This document shows positions 55,924 through 64,000 of a stretch of DNA of 64,000 bases, piece after piece (the first letter of the stretch is position 1; each line of letters begins with the position of its first letter). Position numbers and translations under genes: made by a program. Below the pieces are notes generated by a model that saw nothing but the letters and a program-made list of their open reading frames with translations, was not told where the DNA came from and made no database searches. The DNA is taken from contig CAVZYA010000002.1 in the NCBI GenBank assembly GCA_963779415.1, positions 960,001 through 1,024,000 on the forward strand. The letters run 5' to 3'. The stretch comes from an uncultured Acidobacteriota bacterium (GTDB taxonomy: Bacteria > Acidobacteriota > Thermoanaerobaculia > UBA5066).

Positions 55924-56253
55924 ATGAAGCGCGCGAACCCCCCCCGGCCGGCGGCCCGGAAAGGAGCCGCCCTCCCTTCTCCCGACAGGCTCCTCCACAC
56001 ACCGGTTCGTCTCGGCATCGTCAGCGTCCTCCGGCGCGGGCCCCTCACCTTCGGCGAGCTGAAGGACGCGCTCGGGGCGACGGACGGGAACCTCTCGATC
56101 CACGCCCGGAAGCTCGAGGTGGCGGGCTACGTCGCCTGCACGAAGGGCTTCGCGGGGCGCATCCCGAGGACCCGCTACCGCGTCACGCCGAAGGGACGTG
56201 CCGCGCTCGCGAAGTACCTCTCCGACATGGAGGCGTTCCTCGGCGCCACCTGA
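55924..56253 (+). CDS. Winged-helix transcriptional regulator (ArsR/MarR-like)
   Basis: LLHTPVRLGIVSVL, TFGELK, TDGNLSIHARKLE, PRTRY. Confidence 0.88.
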   Translation: MKRANPPRPAARKGAALPSPDRLLHTPVRLGIVSVLRRGPLTFGELKDALGATDGNLSIHARKLEVAGYVACTKGFAGRIPRTRYRVTPKGRAALAKYLSDMEAFLGAT

Positions 56254-56271
56254 GGGCGCGGAGTCGAAGAG

Positions 56272-56973
56272 TCACCCTTTCGACGGGCGGCGTCGGGGCG
56301 GAGAAGCGGCCGGGCGGGACGGCGCGGCGGGACGCGGGGCGACAGCGGGGCGGCCGGGGCTGGACGTGCGGCGGCCGGCCTTCCGCGCGGCCTCGGCGTC
56401 GATGGCTTCCATCTCTTTCTCGACGCGCTTTCGCTCGATGTTCGTCCGGATCCGGCCGAGGGCCTGGTTGAGCGTGTTGTCGCGCGAGAGGAACCTGATG
56501 ATCGGCTCCTTTCGAAGCCCGACCTCGAGCGCGAGCCGGCGGAGCGGGAGATAGCGGGGCGAGGCCTCGAGCCCCCTTTCGATCGCATCCACGAGCTTCC
56601 GGCGGTTCCGCGCGTACTTCCAGAGCCTCGCCAGGACGAGGTAGTGCTCGCCCACCATCGGCTCGTTGTGCATGGCGATGTGGATGAACTTGGCCCCTTC
56701 CTGGTAATTCCCGAGCGCGTGGGCGATACAGAGTCCGTAGTACGAGAGCGCGTTCGCCGGGACGACGTCCTTCAGGGCGGCGCTGCCGGTGGCCGAGATG
56801 GCGTTTTCGCCCTTCAGCTCGGTCCGCTTGGTCAGCTGCTCGTAGGCGGCGGCGAGGATCGTGGCGCCGTCGCTCCAGCGCTCTTCCTTCGCGGCCTTGA
56901 TGCCATGTTTCACCAGGATCATCGGGTCTTTCTCGGAGCCGATGATCTGTTCGGCTGTCAGCGTCTCTTCCAT
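56272..56973 (-). CDS. TPR-like hypothetical protein
   Basis: ALSYYGLCIA, HYLVLARLW, GLRKEPIIRFLSRDNTLNQALG; RBS GGAG. Confidence 0.75.
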   Translation of the reverse strand: MEETLTAEQIIGSEKDPMILVKHGIKAAKEERWSDGATILAAAYEQLTKRTELKGENAISATGSAALKDVVPANALSYYGLCIAHALGNYQEGAKFIHIAMHNEPMVGEHYLVLARLWKYARNRRKLVDAIERGLEASPRYLPLRRLALEVGLRKEPIIRFLSRDNTLNQALGRIRTNIERKRVEKEMEAIDAEAARKAGRRTSSPGRPAVAPRPAAPSRPAASPPRRRPSKG

Positions 56974-57043
56974 CTCCGGTCCCTCGGCGCCTTCTGGGGC
57001 CGCGTGTCGATGAGCGGCGCGTTCCGGTCGCTAGTATAGGCGG

Positions 57044-58224
57044 ATGCGGACCCTCTTTCTGAGGCCGGGGCGCGACGCCGCCACGCGCCGCCGCCACCCG
57101 TGGCTCTTCTCCGGGGCCGTGGGGCGGGAGGCGGGAGACGGTACGGACGGCCTCGTGGAGGCGCGAGGAGGGGACGGGACGTTTCTCGCCCGCGGGCTGG
57201 CCTCGCCCGGCTCCCCGATCGTCGCGCGGTGGTGGACCTTCGCCGACGAGCCGGTCGACGCGTCTCTCGTGGATCGGCGCGTCGAGGACGCCATCGCCCT
57301 TCGGGAAAAGGTCGTCCCGCCCGGGACCGACGGCTACCGCGTCGTGAACGCCGAGGGGGATTTCCTTCCCGGCCTCGTCGTGGACCGGTACGGCGACGTC
57401 CTCGCCCTGCAGGTGACGACGGAGGGGACGGAGCGGGCCCGCGCGCTCTGGCTCCCGGCTCTCCGCGCCCGCTTTCCCCGGGCGACGTTCTTCCAGAGGA
57501 ACGACCTTCCCTCCCGCGCGGCGGAGGGGCTCGCCACGGCAGACGAACTCCTCGCGGGGGCCCCGCTCCCTCCGCGAGCGGCCTTTCGCGAGAGGGGCCT
57601 CGCCTTCGTCGCCGACCTTGCCGGCGGGCAGAAGACCGGCTTCTTCCTCGACCAGCGAGAGAACCGCGACCTCGTCCGCCGGCATGCGGCGGGGCGGCGC
57701 GTCCTGAACCTCTTCTCTTACTCCGGTGCCTTCGGCGTCGCCGCGCTCGCGGGAGGGGCGGCGGCCGTGACCCACGTCGACGCCTCCGCGCCGGCTCTCG
57801 ACCTCGCCCGGGAGAATCACCGCGCGAACGGTCAGGACGCCGCCTCATTCGTCGTGGCCGACGTCTTCGAAGACCTGCGCGCGCGCGCCGCCGCCGGCGA
57901 ATTTTGGGACCTCGTCGTCACCGACCCCCCTGCCTTCGCGAAGCGGCGCGGCGACGTGGAGAGAGCCTGCCGCGGCTACAAGGACGTGAACCGTCTCGCC
58001 CTGAAGCTCCTCGCGCCGGGGGGCTCCTTCTCGCCTGCTCGTGCTCGGGACCGGTCGACGCCGATCTCTTCCAGAAAGTCCTCTTTGCCGCCTCGCTCGA
58101 CGCGGGCGTCCCGGCGCGGATCCTCGAAAAGCGCGGCGCCGGACCCGACCATCCGGTCTCGGTGGACTGCCCCGAAGGGGAGTACCTGAAGGCGTTTCTC
58201 CTCGCGCGCGGGCCGGACGGATGA
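57044..58224 (+). CDS. rlmI: 23S rRNA m5C1962 methyltransferase (frameshift in G run 58018-58023)
   Basis: HPWLFSG, NAEGDFLPGLVVDRY, GQKTGFFLDQREN, LNLFSYSG, DPPAF; C-terminus CSCS..DHPV..EGEYLK in ORF 57100..58224. Confidence 0.9.
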
Positions 58225-59348
58225 GCCGGGTCGCCCTCGTCGGTCCGGTTCCGCCGTGGCGGAGCGGAATTGCGGATCAGGACATCCGGCTTCTCCGCGC
58301 CCTCCGGAGGCTCGGCGTCGACCCCCTCGTCGTGACCTTCTCGCGGATGTATCCCCCTTTTCTCTATCCGGGCCGGGCCGACCGCGACGAGGGAGAGTTT
58401 CCCGCGGACGCGGGGGAGATCCACCTGCTTCTGGACGGGTGGAACCCGCTCAGCTTCGGCGCGGCCGCGCGCTTCCTCGCCGGGCGCTCTCCGCAGCTCG
58501 TCGTCGCGCCGTGGTGGACGGCGTTCTTCGCGCCGCACACGCTTCTTCTCCTCGACACGCTCGGACGAGAGAGTCCGGAGACGGTGAGGCTTCTCCTCGG
58601 GCACAACGTCGAGGACCACGAGGCGGGGCCTCTCAAGAGCGCGCTCTCCCGAGCCGTCTTCCGCCGGGCCGACCGGGTCGCCGTCCAGAACCGGCACGCG
58701 GCCGCCGAGCTTTCGGCCGAGCTCCCGGGGACGCCGGTCGCCGTCGTGCTGCATCCCGTCGAGCCGCGCGAGATCCTGCCGGACCGCGAAGCAGCCCGTG
58801 CGCGACTCGGCATTCCGGCGGAGGCCCCGCTCTTCCTCTTCGGCGGGATCCTGCGGCCGTACAAGGGGTGGGACGTCCTTCTCGGCGCGTTCCGGCGGCT
58901 GCGGCGCGACCTTCCCTCGGCTCAGCTCGTCTTCGCGGGGGAGCCGTGGGGCGACGCGGGCCTCCTTCGCGAGGAGGAGAACGTCCGGCTTCGTCTGGAG
59001 TACCTTCCCGAGCGGGAGCGCGCCCTCTGGTTCGCCGCTTCGGACGCGGTCGTCTGCCCCTACCGGCACGCGACCGGATCGGGGATCGCCGCCGACGCCC
59101 TCGCGCACGGCCGACCGGTGATCGGGACGCGCGTGGACGGCCTCGCGGAGGTCGTCGAGGACGGTGTCTCGGGCCTTCTCGTCCCGCCCGGCGACGAGGC
59201 GGCTCTCGCCGCCGCGATGCGCCGCTTCGTCGCGGAACGGATGGGGCCGCGGCTCTCGGCCGGGGCCGTCCGGCGGGCTTCGGCGCTCGGGCCGGAGACG
59301 CACGCGCGGCAGCTTCTCGCGCTGGGCGGCGTCACGCTCTCCCCGTGA
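58221..59348 (+). CDS. Glycosyltransferase family 4
   Basis: MSRVALVGPVPPWRSGIA, GILRPYKG, PYRHATGSG, GRPVIGTRVDGLAEVV. Confidence 0.9.
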   Translation: MSRVALVGPVPPWRSGIADQDIRLLRALRRLGVDPLVVTFSRMYPPFLYPGRADRDEGEFPADAGEIHLLLDGWNPLSFGAAARFLAGRSPQLVVAPWWTAFFAPHTLLLLDTLGRESPETVRLLLGHNVEDHEAGPLKSALSRAVFRRADRVAVQNRHAAAELSAELPGTPVAVVLHPVEPREILPDREAARARLGIPAEAPLFLFGGILRPYKGWDVLLGAFRRLRRDLPSAQLVFAGEPWGDAGLLREEENVRLRLEYLPERERALWFAASDAVVCPYRHATGSGIAADALAHGRPVIGTRVDGLAEVVEDGVSGLLVPPGDEAALAAAMRRFVAERMGPRLSAGAVRRASALGPETHARQLLALGGVTLSP

Positions 59349-59370
59349 GGCGTTGGTACACTCGGTCGCG

Positions 59371-60192
59371 ATGGAAGGACGGACGAAGATTTTCCGGGAG
59401 CGCGTCGTCTCCCTCGACCAGACGCAGGAGCTGGGGGAGCGCTATGCCTCTCTTCTCGCGGAAGTCGTCGAGGAGGCTCTTCCCGGATTCACCCTGAAGG
59501 AGCACGGGCTCGAGCACGAGCCCGACCTCTACGTCCTCGTCTTCGAGAACCCCGCGTCCAGCGTGACGATGCGGGTCGCCTTCACCCGGATGGTCCTCGC
59601 GGACCCGCTGCGCGTTCCGGCCATCGTGGAGAGCCGGCTGGCGCCCGTCCGCGCGCAGATGGTGGAGCTGATCCGCTCGCGCGGCGCTCTCGCCCAGATC
59701 CGCGTCTCCCTGCGCGATCTCCTGACCGACGAGGAGCAGGCCGAGGCGGACCTTCTCGAGGCCGATTACCGGAAGAAGCAGGAGGCGCTGCTCGCGGCCC
59801 AGCGAGCCGAGGAGGAGCGGCGCGAAGCCGAGCGGCGACGCCGGAAACAGGAAGAGGCCGCGAAGCGGCATGCCGAGCGCGAGCGACAGGAGCGGGAACG
59901 GCGCGAAAGGGCCGGGGCGGCCGCGCCATCCCCGGGCGGAGGAGGCGGCGGTGGCCGCGGCCGCGGGCGCCGCCGGCGCGGACGGGGCGGCTCCGGCGGG
60001 GCTCCGTCCCCGGGCGGCCCTGCGCCGCAGCCTCAGGCTGCCGTGCCTCGCCCGGCTCCGAGCGGCCCTCCGAGGAGCGCGCCCGGTGCGCCGCCCCAGG
60101 GATCGCCGGGAGGCAGCGGCCGGCGCCGCCGCCGCCGCGGGCGGCGGGGCGGATCGGGCGGTGCTCCGTCCGGACCGGCCGCTACGGGCTGA
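59371..60192 (+). CDS. Hypothetical protein with coiled coil and Arg/Gly-rich disordered tail
   Basis: From MEGRTKIF in ORF 59164..60192; good codon usage. Confidence 0.7.
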   Translation: MEGRTKIFRERVVSLDQTQELGERYASLLAEVVEEALPGFTLKEHGLEHEPDLYVLVFENPASSVTMRVAFTRMVLADPLRVPAIVESRLAPVRAQMVELIRSRGALAQIRVSLRDLLTDEEQAEADLLEADYRKKQEALLAAQRAEEERREAERRRRKQEEAAKRHAERERQERERRERAGAAAPSPGGGGGGGRGRGRRRRGRGGSGGAPSPGGPAPQPQAAVPRPAPSGPPRSAPGAPPQGSPGGSGRRRRRRGRRGGSGGAPSGPAATG

Positions 60193-60205
60193 GTCTCCGG
60201 CTGCG

Positions 60206-61102
60206 TCAGAGCCGCGCGCCGCAGCGCGGGCAGAAGACGTCACCGGGGCGCCCCGGATGCGTGCAGCCGGCCGGAGGCGGCTCGATCGGGGCGAAACGGA
60301 GCCGCGCTTCCTCGCCCGTGGAGCCGAGGAGATCGACGCGGCGGCGCTGGGAAGGCTCTCCGGCGTGGGAGAACTCGACGAGGAAGCCCCCTTCGCGACG
60401 GCACCGGTCCTCGAACCATCGGACGAGCGGAACCTGAAGGGCCTCCGAAAGGCGCTGCGTCAGGGCGGCGCGGTCGGCGTGAAACGTCCGGACGTAGCTG
60501 CCGCGCGAGTCGGCCCCGAGCGTCATCTCCGTGGCGCCGAAGCGAAGGGCCTCGCCGATCAGGATCCGCGCCAGCTTTTCGACCGACTCGGGAGGCGCCG
60601 TCCGTCCGGTGGCTTCTCCGGCCGAGCGGGAAGGCGCGGGGCCGATCGTCGGCGGAGGAGGGGGCGGGCACCCCTTGTCGAACCAGTCGAGATAGTCCTC
60701 CAGCACGGGATCGGGAACGACGAAGAGCGAGACCGTAAAGCCGGTCACCTCGGCGAGGAAGCGGCCCAGCACGACATTGCGCGGGTCGGAGACGGCCACG
60801 TGCAGGAGCTTTCCCTCATGCCGGAACGGGAGGACGCGGAAGCGGCGGCGCTCCTTGGACGAGAGCGCCGCCACGACGTCGGGGTCGGCGGCGGCCAGCT
60901 CCTCGCGCGTGACTCCGGGGAGACCGTAGGCCCGGGAGAGGGCCGTCGTCAGGACCTCCTCCGTCACCGCCCCGGTCGTCAGGAGCGCCCGCTCGATCGT
61001 CCCGCCATGCTCGTGACGCCAGGTCGACGCGCGGCCCAGGCGGCGGACCGTCAGCTCTCCGGCCTCGACGAGGGCGTCTCCGACTCCGATCGGCTTCTTC
61101 AC
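60206..61102 (-). CDS. GspE/PilB N-terminal (MshEN-like) domain protein with C-terminal zinc ribbon, no ATPase
   Basis: VGDALVEAGEL..LLTTGAVTEEVL..ALSRAYGLP, FRVLPF..LHVAVSDP, ends FCPRCGARL. Confidence 0.7.
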   Translation of the reverse strand: MKKPIGVGDALVEAGELTVRRLGRASTWRHEHGGTIERALLTTGAVTEEVLTTALSRAYGLPGVTREELAAADPDVVAALSSKERRRFRVLPFRHEGKLLHVAVSDPRNVVLGRFLAEVTGFTVSLFVVPDPVLEDYLDWFDKGCPPPPPPTIGPAPSRSAGEATGRTAPPESVEKLARILIGEALRFGATEMTLGADSRGSYVRTFHADRAALTQRLSEALQVPLVRWFEDRCRREGGFLVEFSHAGEPSQRRRVDLLGSTGEEARLRFAPIEPPPAGCTHPGRPGDVFCPRCGARL

Positions 61103-61128
61103 CTGCGCGTCCTTCCCCCGGATCGAGT

Positions 61129-62880
61129 CTAGCCTCCCGGGAAGTACTCCCGCCAGCGCCGGTCGACGCGCGCGGCGGTCTCGGGGTCGGTCTCCACCTC
61201 GCGAGGCATCCACGGCTTGACCCGGGCGTCCACGACGAGGGGCGCCGAGAAAGCGAGGTGGTTCCGGACGATCTCTCTTCGGCCGTGAAGGTCCGCGGCC
61301 GGCTCGAAGCGCGTGAAGACGCGCCAGAGGAACGACTTCTCGTCCCGCGCCGTCGCGGCAGCGTCGTCGGCGAGGACGACGAGGGGCCATCCGCGGATGG
61401 CGGGGTCGGTCGCGAGGCGGGAGGGGAAATCACGGTCCTTTCCGAACGTCGGCCCCTCGACGACGAGCGCGCCGGGGGCGAAGACTGCGGCGGCTCGCGC
61501 GCCTTCGGGGAGCGCTCCCATGAACTCGACGGGAAGGTCGCGGATCGCCTCGCCGAGTCCGACGAGCACCCCCTTCGACCCCTCGTTCACCTTCGGTCCC
61601 GTGTAGTCGAGCGTGTCCATGGCGAGGTTCGAGAAGACGAAGAGGTCGGTCTCGAACCGGCAGCGCGCGAGGACGTGGGAAAGGAGACCGCGGAAGTCGC
61701 GGAGGTCCCGGCGCGCGTCGGTCAGGAGAAGGAACTTCGTCAGCGAGAGCTGTCCCTCTCCGAGGATCCGGAAGGCGGAAGCCATCGCCTCGCGCCCGTA
61801 ACGGTCCTTCACGACCGCCGCGGCGAGCGAATGGAAACCGGTGTCGCCGTAGCTCCAGATGTCGAGGACGGTCGGCATGACGAGCGGGAACACCGGGGCG
61901 AGCAGCTCCTGAACGTACTCGCCGAGGAAGAAGTCCTCCTGCCTCGGCTTGCCTACGAGAGTGGCCGGAAAGATGGCGTCGCGGCGGCGGTAGACACGCG
62001 AAACATCGAGGACGGGATATTCGTGCGCGAGCGAGTAGTAGCCGTAGTGGTCGCCGAAGGGGCCTTCGAGCCGGCGTGTCCGCGGCGGGACGCGCCCGGT
62101 GATCGCGAACTCCGCCGTCGCGACGAGGCGGTGCGGGTGGCCGGGCACCTTCTCCATCGGGAGCTTCTCGCCGAGGACGAGCGAGGCCAGGAGGATTTCG
62201 GGGAGCCCCTCGGGGAGCGGCGTGATGGCGCCGAGGATCAGCGCGGGGGGGCCTCCGAGGAAGACGGTGAGCGGCAGCGCCTCGCCGCGCGATTCGGCGA
62301 CGTGGTAGTGGAAGCCTCCCCCTTTGCCGATCTGCCAGTGGACTCCGAGCATCCGCGCGTCGTGGACCTGCATCCGGTACATCCCGAGGTTCGACTCCCG
62401 GTGCTCGGGATGTTCCGTGTAAACGAGAGGGAGCGTCAGGAACGGGCCGCCGTCCTCGGGCCACGTCGTCAGGGCGGGGAGCGTCGTCAGATCGAAGCGG
62501 TCGTCCACGACCTCGGCCACGGGGAGGTCGCTCGCGCGGCGGGTACCGATCTTCGCGGCCCGGGCGAAGAACGATCGGAAGCCCCAGAGCTTTCCGGCCG
62601 TCGGCGGGAGCAGCTCCGTCGCGGCCCGGGCGGCCGTCCTCACGAACTCCGCCGGGCGCGTCCCGAACGCCATGTCGATCCGCTTCCTCGTCCCGAAGAG
62701 ATTCGTCACGACGGGGAAGGGCGATCCCTTCGGCCGGGTGAAGAGCAGTGCCGGTCCCCCCTCGGCGATGACGCGCCGGTGAATCTCGGGGATCTCGAGC
62801 CGCGGGTCGGCCTCGGTCGTCACCTCGGCGAGATCCCCCTCGCGCCGAAGGGCCGCCAGAAACTCACGCAGGTCCCGCAC
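61129..62880 (-). CDS. UbiD-family prFMN-dependent decarboxylase (possibly menaquinone/futalosine pathway)
   Basis: GGPALLF, NLFGT, WPEDGGPF, NLGMYRMQ, EGPFGDHYGYY, GKPRQED, DTLDY. Confidence 0.92.
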   Translation of the reverse strand: MRDLREFLAALRREGDLAEVTTEADPRLEIPEIHRRVIAEGGPALLFTRPKGSPFPVVTNLFGTRKRIDMAFGTRPAEFVRTAARAATELLPPTAGKLWGFRSFFARAAKIGTRRASDLPVAEVVDDRFDLTTLPALTTWPEDGGPFLTLPLVYTEHPEHRESNLGMYRMQVHDARMLGVHWQIGKGGGFHYHVAESRGEALPLTVFLGGPPALILGAITPLPEGLPEILLASLVLGEKLPMEKVPGHPHRLVATAEFAITGRVPPRTRRLEGPFGDHYGYYSLAHEYPVLDVSRVYRRRDAIFPATLVGKPRQEDFFLGEYVQELLAPVFPLVMPTVLDIWSYGDTGFHSLAAAVVKDRYGREAMASAFRILGEGQLSLTKFLLLTDARRDLRDFRGLLSHVLARCRFETDLFVFSNLAMDTLDYTGPKVNEGSKGVLVGLGEAIRDLPVEFMGALPEGARAAAVFAPGALVVEGPTFGKDRDFPSRLATDPAIRGWPLVVLADDAAATARDEKSFLWRVFTRFEPAADLHGRREIVRNHLAFSAPLVVDARVKPWMPREVETDPETAARVDRRWREYFPGG

Positions 62881-62926
62881 GCCCCGAGGTTACTTCACAC
62901 GGCGGCCGTCGGCCGTGGCGAGGACT

Positions 62927-63337
62927 TCAGGCGGATTCGATCGTGCGGACGATCTCGAGGAACTGCCGTAGCGGTCCGAGGCGGCCCAACACTTCGACGG
63001 CGCGCTCGAGGTCGAGAACGACGTATTCGTGAATGAGGACATTCCTGAAACCGGGAAGTCTCTCGAGCTCGTGAACCAGGTCCGGCGGAAAGCGGCTGTC
63101 CCCTGTCAGGCGCCGGATGGCTTCCGTGTAGTCCTCGAACCTCTCGCCGCGCCTTGCCGCGAGCTCGCCGGCCACGTCGATGACGAGCTGACAGACCGTC
63201 AGGAGCGAAAAGAGCACGTCGTTGTGAAGGGAGAGATCGCGGCGGAGATCACCGGCATCCCGGACCCGCAGCCGCAGCTCGTCGAGGTGGTCGAGATGGC
63301 GCCGAAGTTCCGCGAGGCGCTCGATCAGGTAGGTCAT
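62927..63337 (-). CDS. hepT: HEPN RNase toxin (DUF86/HepT)
   Basis: GFRNVLIHEY (RX4HXY). Confidence 0.88.
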   Translation of the reverse strand: MTYLIERLAELRRHLDHLDELRLRVRDAGDLRRDLSLHNDVLFSLLTVCQLVIDVAGELAARRGERFEDYTEAIRRLTGDSRFPPDLVHELERLPGFRNVLIHEYVVLDLERAVEVLGRLGPLRQFLEIVRTIESA

Positions 63338-63777
63338 CGTGCCAGAGCTTCCAGCTTGAGCCGGCGCGTCCGCTTGAGGAACGGCTCCAGATCGGCGGCC
63401 TGGAGCTGTACGTCTCGCCGATAGGCGTGATCGGCCTCCGGATCGGCACAGAAAACGCGTTGACCGTCGAGAACGACCCGGCGGCCGAGGTGCGGGGGGG
63501 CGTCGTTCAGGACCACGACGTCTACGGGACGACCTCCCAGCCGGCCAGGCAGGGCACCTGCCAGCCTCACGCGTTCCTCGAACCTTTGCTCCCGATCGAG
63601 CTTCCAGGAGACGAGAACGCCGACATCGACGTCACTCTCGCGGTGTGCGCGGCCCGCCGCGTGGCTCCCGAACAGGTAGGCGGAGATGACGTGCGGGCCC
63701 GCCAACTCCCCGAGCGCGCCGGCGAGCGCCCCCGCCACATCCCGCACAGAGGCGTCCGGGAGTGTGATCGGCTTCAT
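63334..63777 (-). CDS. mntA: Minimal nucleotidyltransferase antitoxin
   Basis: FGSHAAGRAHRESDVDV (GSX10DXD), VDVVVLNDAP; ATGA overlap with hepT. Confidence 0.88.
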   Translation of the reverse strand: MKPITLPDASVRDVAGALAGALGELAGPHVISAYLFGSHAAGRAHRESDVDVGVLVSWKLDREQRFEERVRLAGALPGRLGGRPVDVVVLNDAPPHLGRRVVLDGQRVFCADPEADHAYRRDVQLQAADLEPFLKRTRRLKLEALAR

Positions 63778-63883
63778 GAAAACCAGCGTAGCACGCGAGG
63801 TCATGCCGCGCCGAGAGGGGAGAGGATTGCGTTAGGGCTCAGGCGGGCGCCGGGTCGAGCGTGATCGGGTGACCCTCGTAGAG

Positions 63884-63905
63884 GTAAGAATAGTAAGATT
63901 CTTAC
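63884..63905. promoter_or_regulatory. Inverted-repeat operator upstream of the AbrB-family gene
   Basis: GTAAGAAT-N6-ATTCTTAC with nested GTAAGA-T-TCTTAC; includes -10-like TAAGAT. Confidence 0.6.
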
Positions 63906-63915
63906 AGAGGAGACG

Positions 63916-64000
63916 ATGCGCATCACGTCCAAAGGCCAGGTCACCATTCCGCTCGAGATCCGGGAGCGTCTCGGTCTTCTTCCGGAAACCGAGGTCGTCT
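63916..64000 (+). CDS. AbrB/MazE/SpoVT-family antitoxin (truncated by the window edge)
   Basis: MRITSKGQVTIPLEIRERLGLLPETEVV after GAGGAG RBS. Confidence 0.85.
   Translation, partial: MRITSKGQVTIPLEIRERLGLLPETEVV

Overview
High-GC (roughly 70% by eye) bacterial chromosomal window. Gene content and style suggest Acidobacteriota (possibly Thermoanaerobaculia), which is an inference. It is mostly housekeeping and envelope genes: ligA, ppk1, glmM, folP, tRNA(CAT)-tilS-hpt-ftsH, thpR, rlmI, malic enzyme, a UbiD-family decarboxylase, four secreted peptidases and two tandem OmpA-family paralogs. Toxin-antitoxin loci lie at 14.6-15.1 kb and 62.9-64 kb. The most unusual element is a minus-strand operon at 2806-13239: an acyl-CoA dehydrogenase, a ~2,680-aa type I PKS/FAS (KS-AT-KS-ACP-ACP-KR-DH, no ER or TE) and a translationally coupled Sfp-type PPTase. 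Both ACP domains have THREONINE ([11 protein letters not shown]) where the phosphopantetheine-accepting serine should be, and both KS domains keep a Cys-His-His triad. Many genes (PKS, acyl-CoA dehydrogenase, hydrolase, sulfatase, WS/DGAT, rlmI) carry single-base frameshifts, several in G/C homopolymers, most consistent with long-read consensus errors. Other observations: a recurring -10 hexamer 6-8 nt upstream of start codons (probable leaderless mRNAs) and an Hpt homolog with degenerate catalytic motifs. No CRISPR array, rRNA or transposase/integrase was seen.
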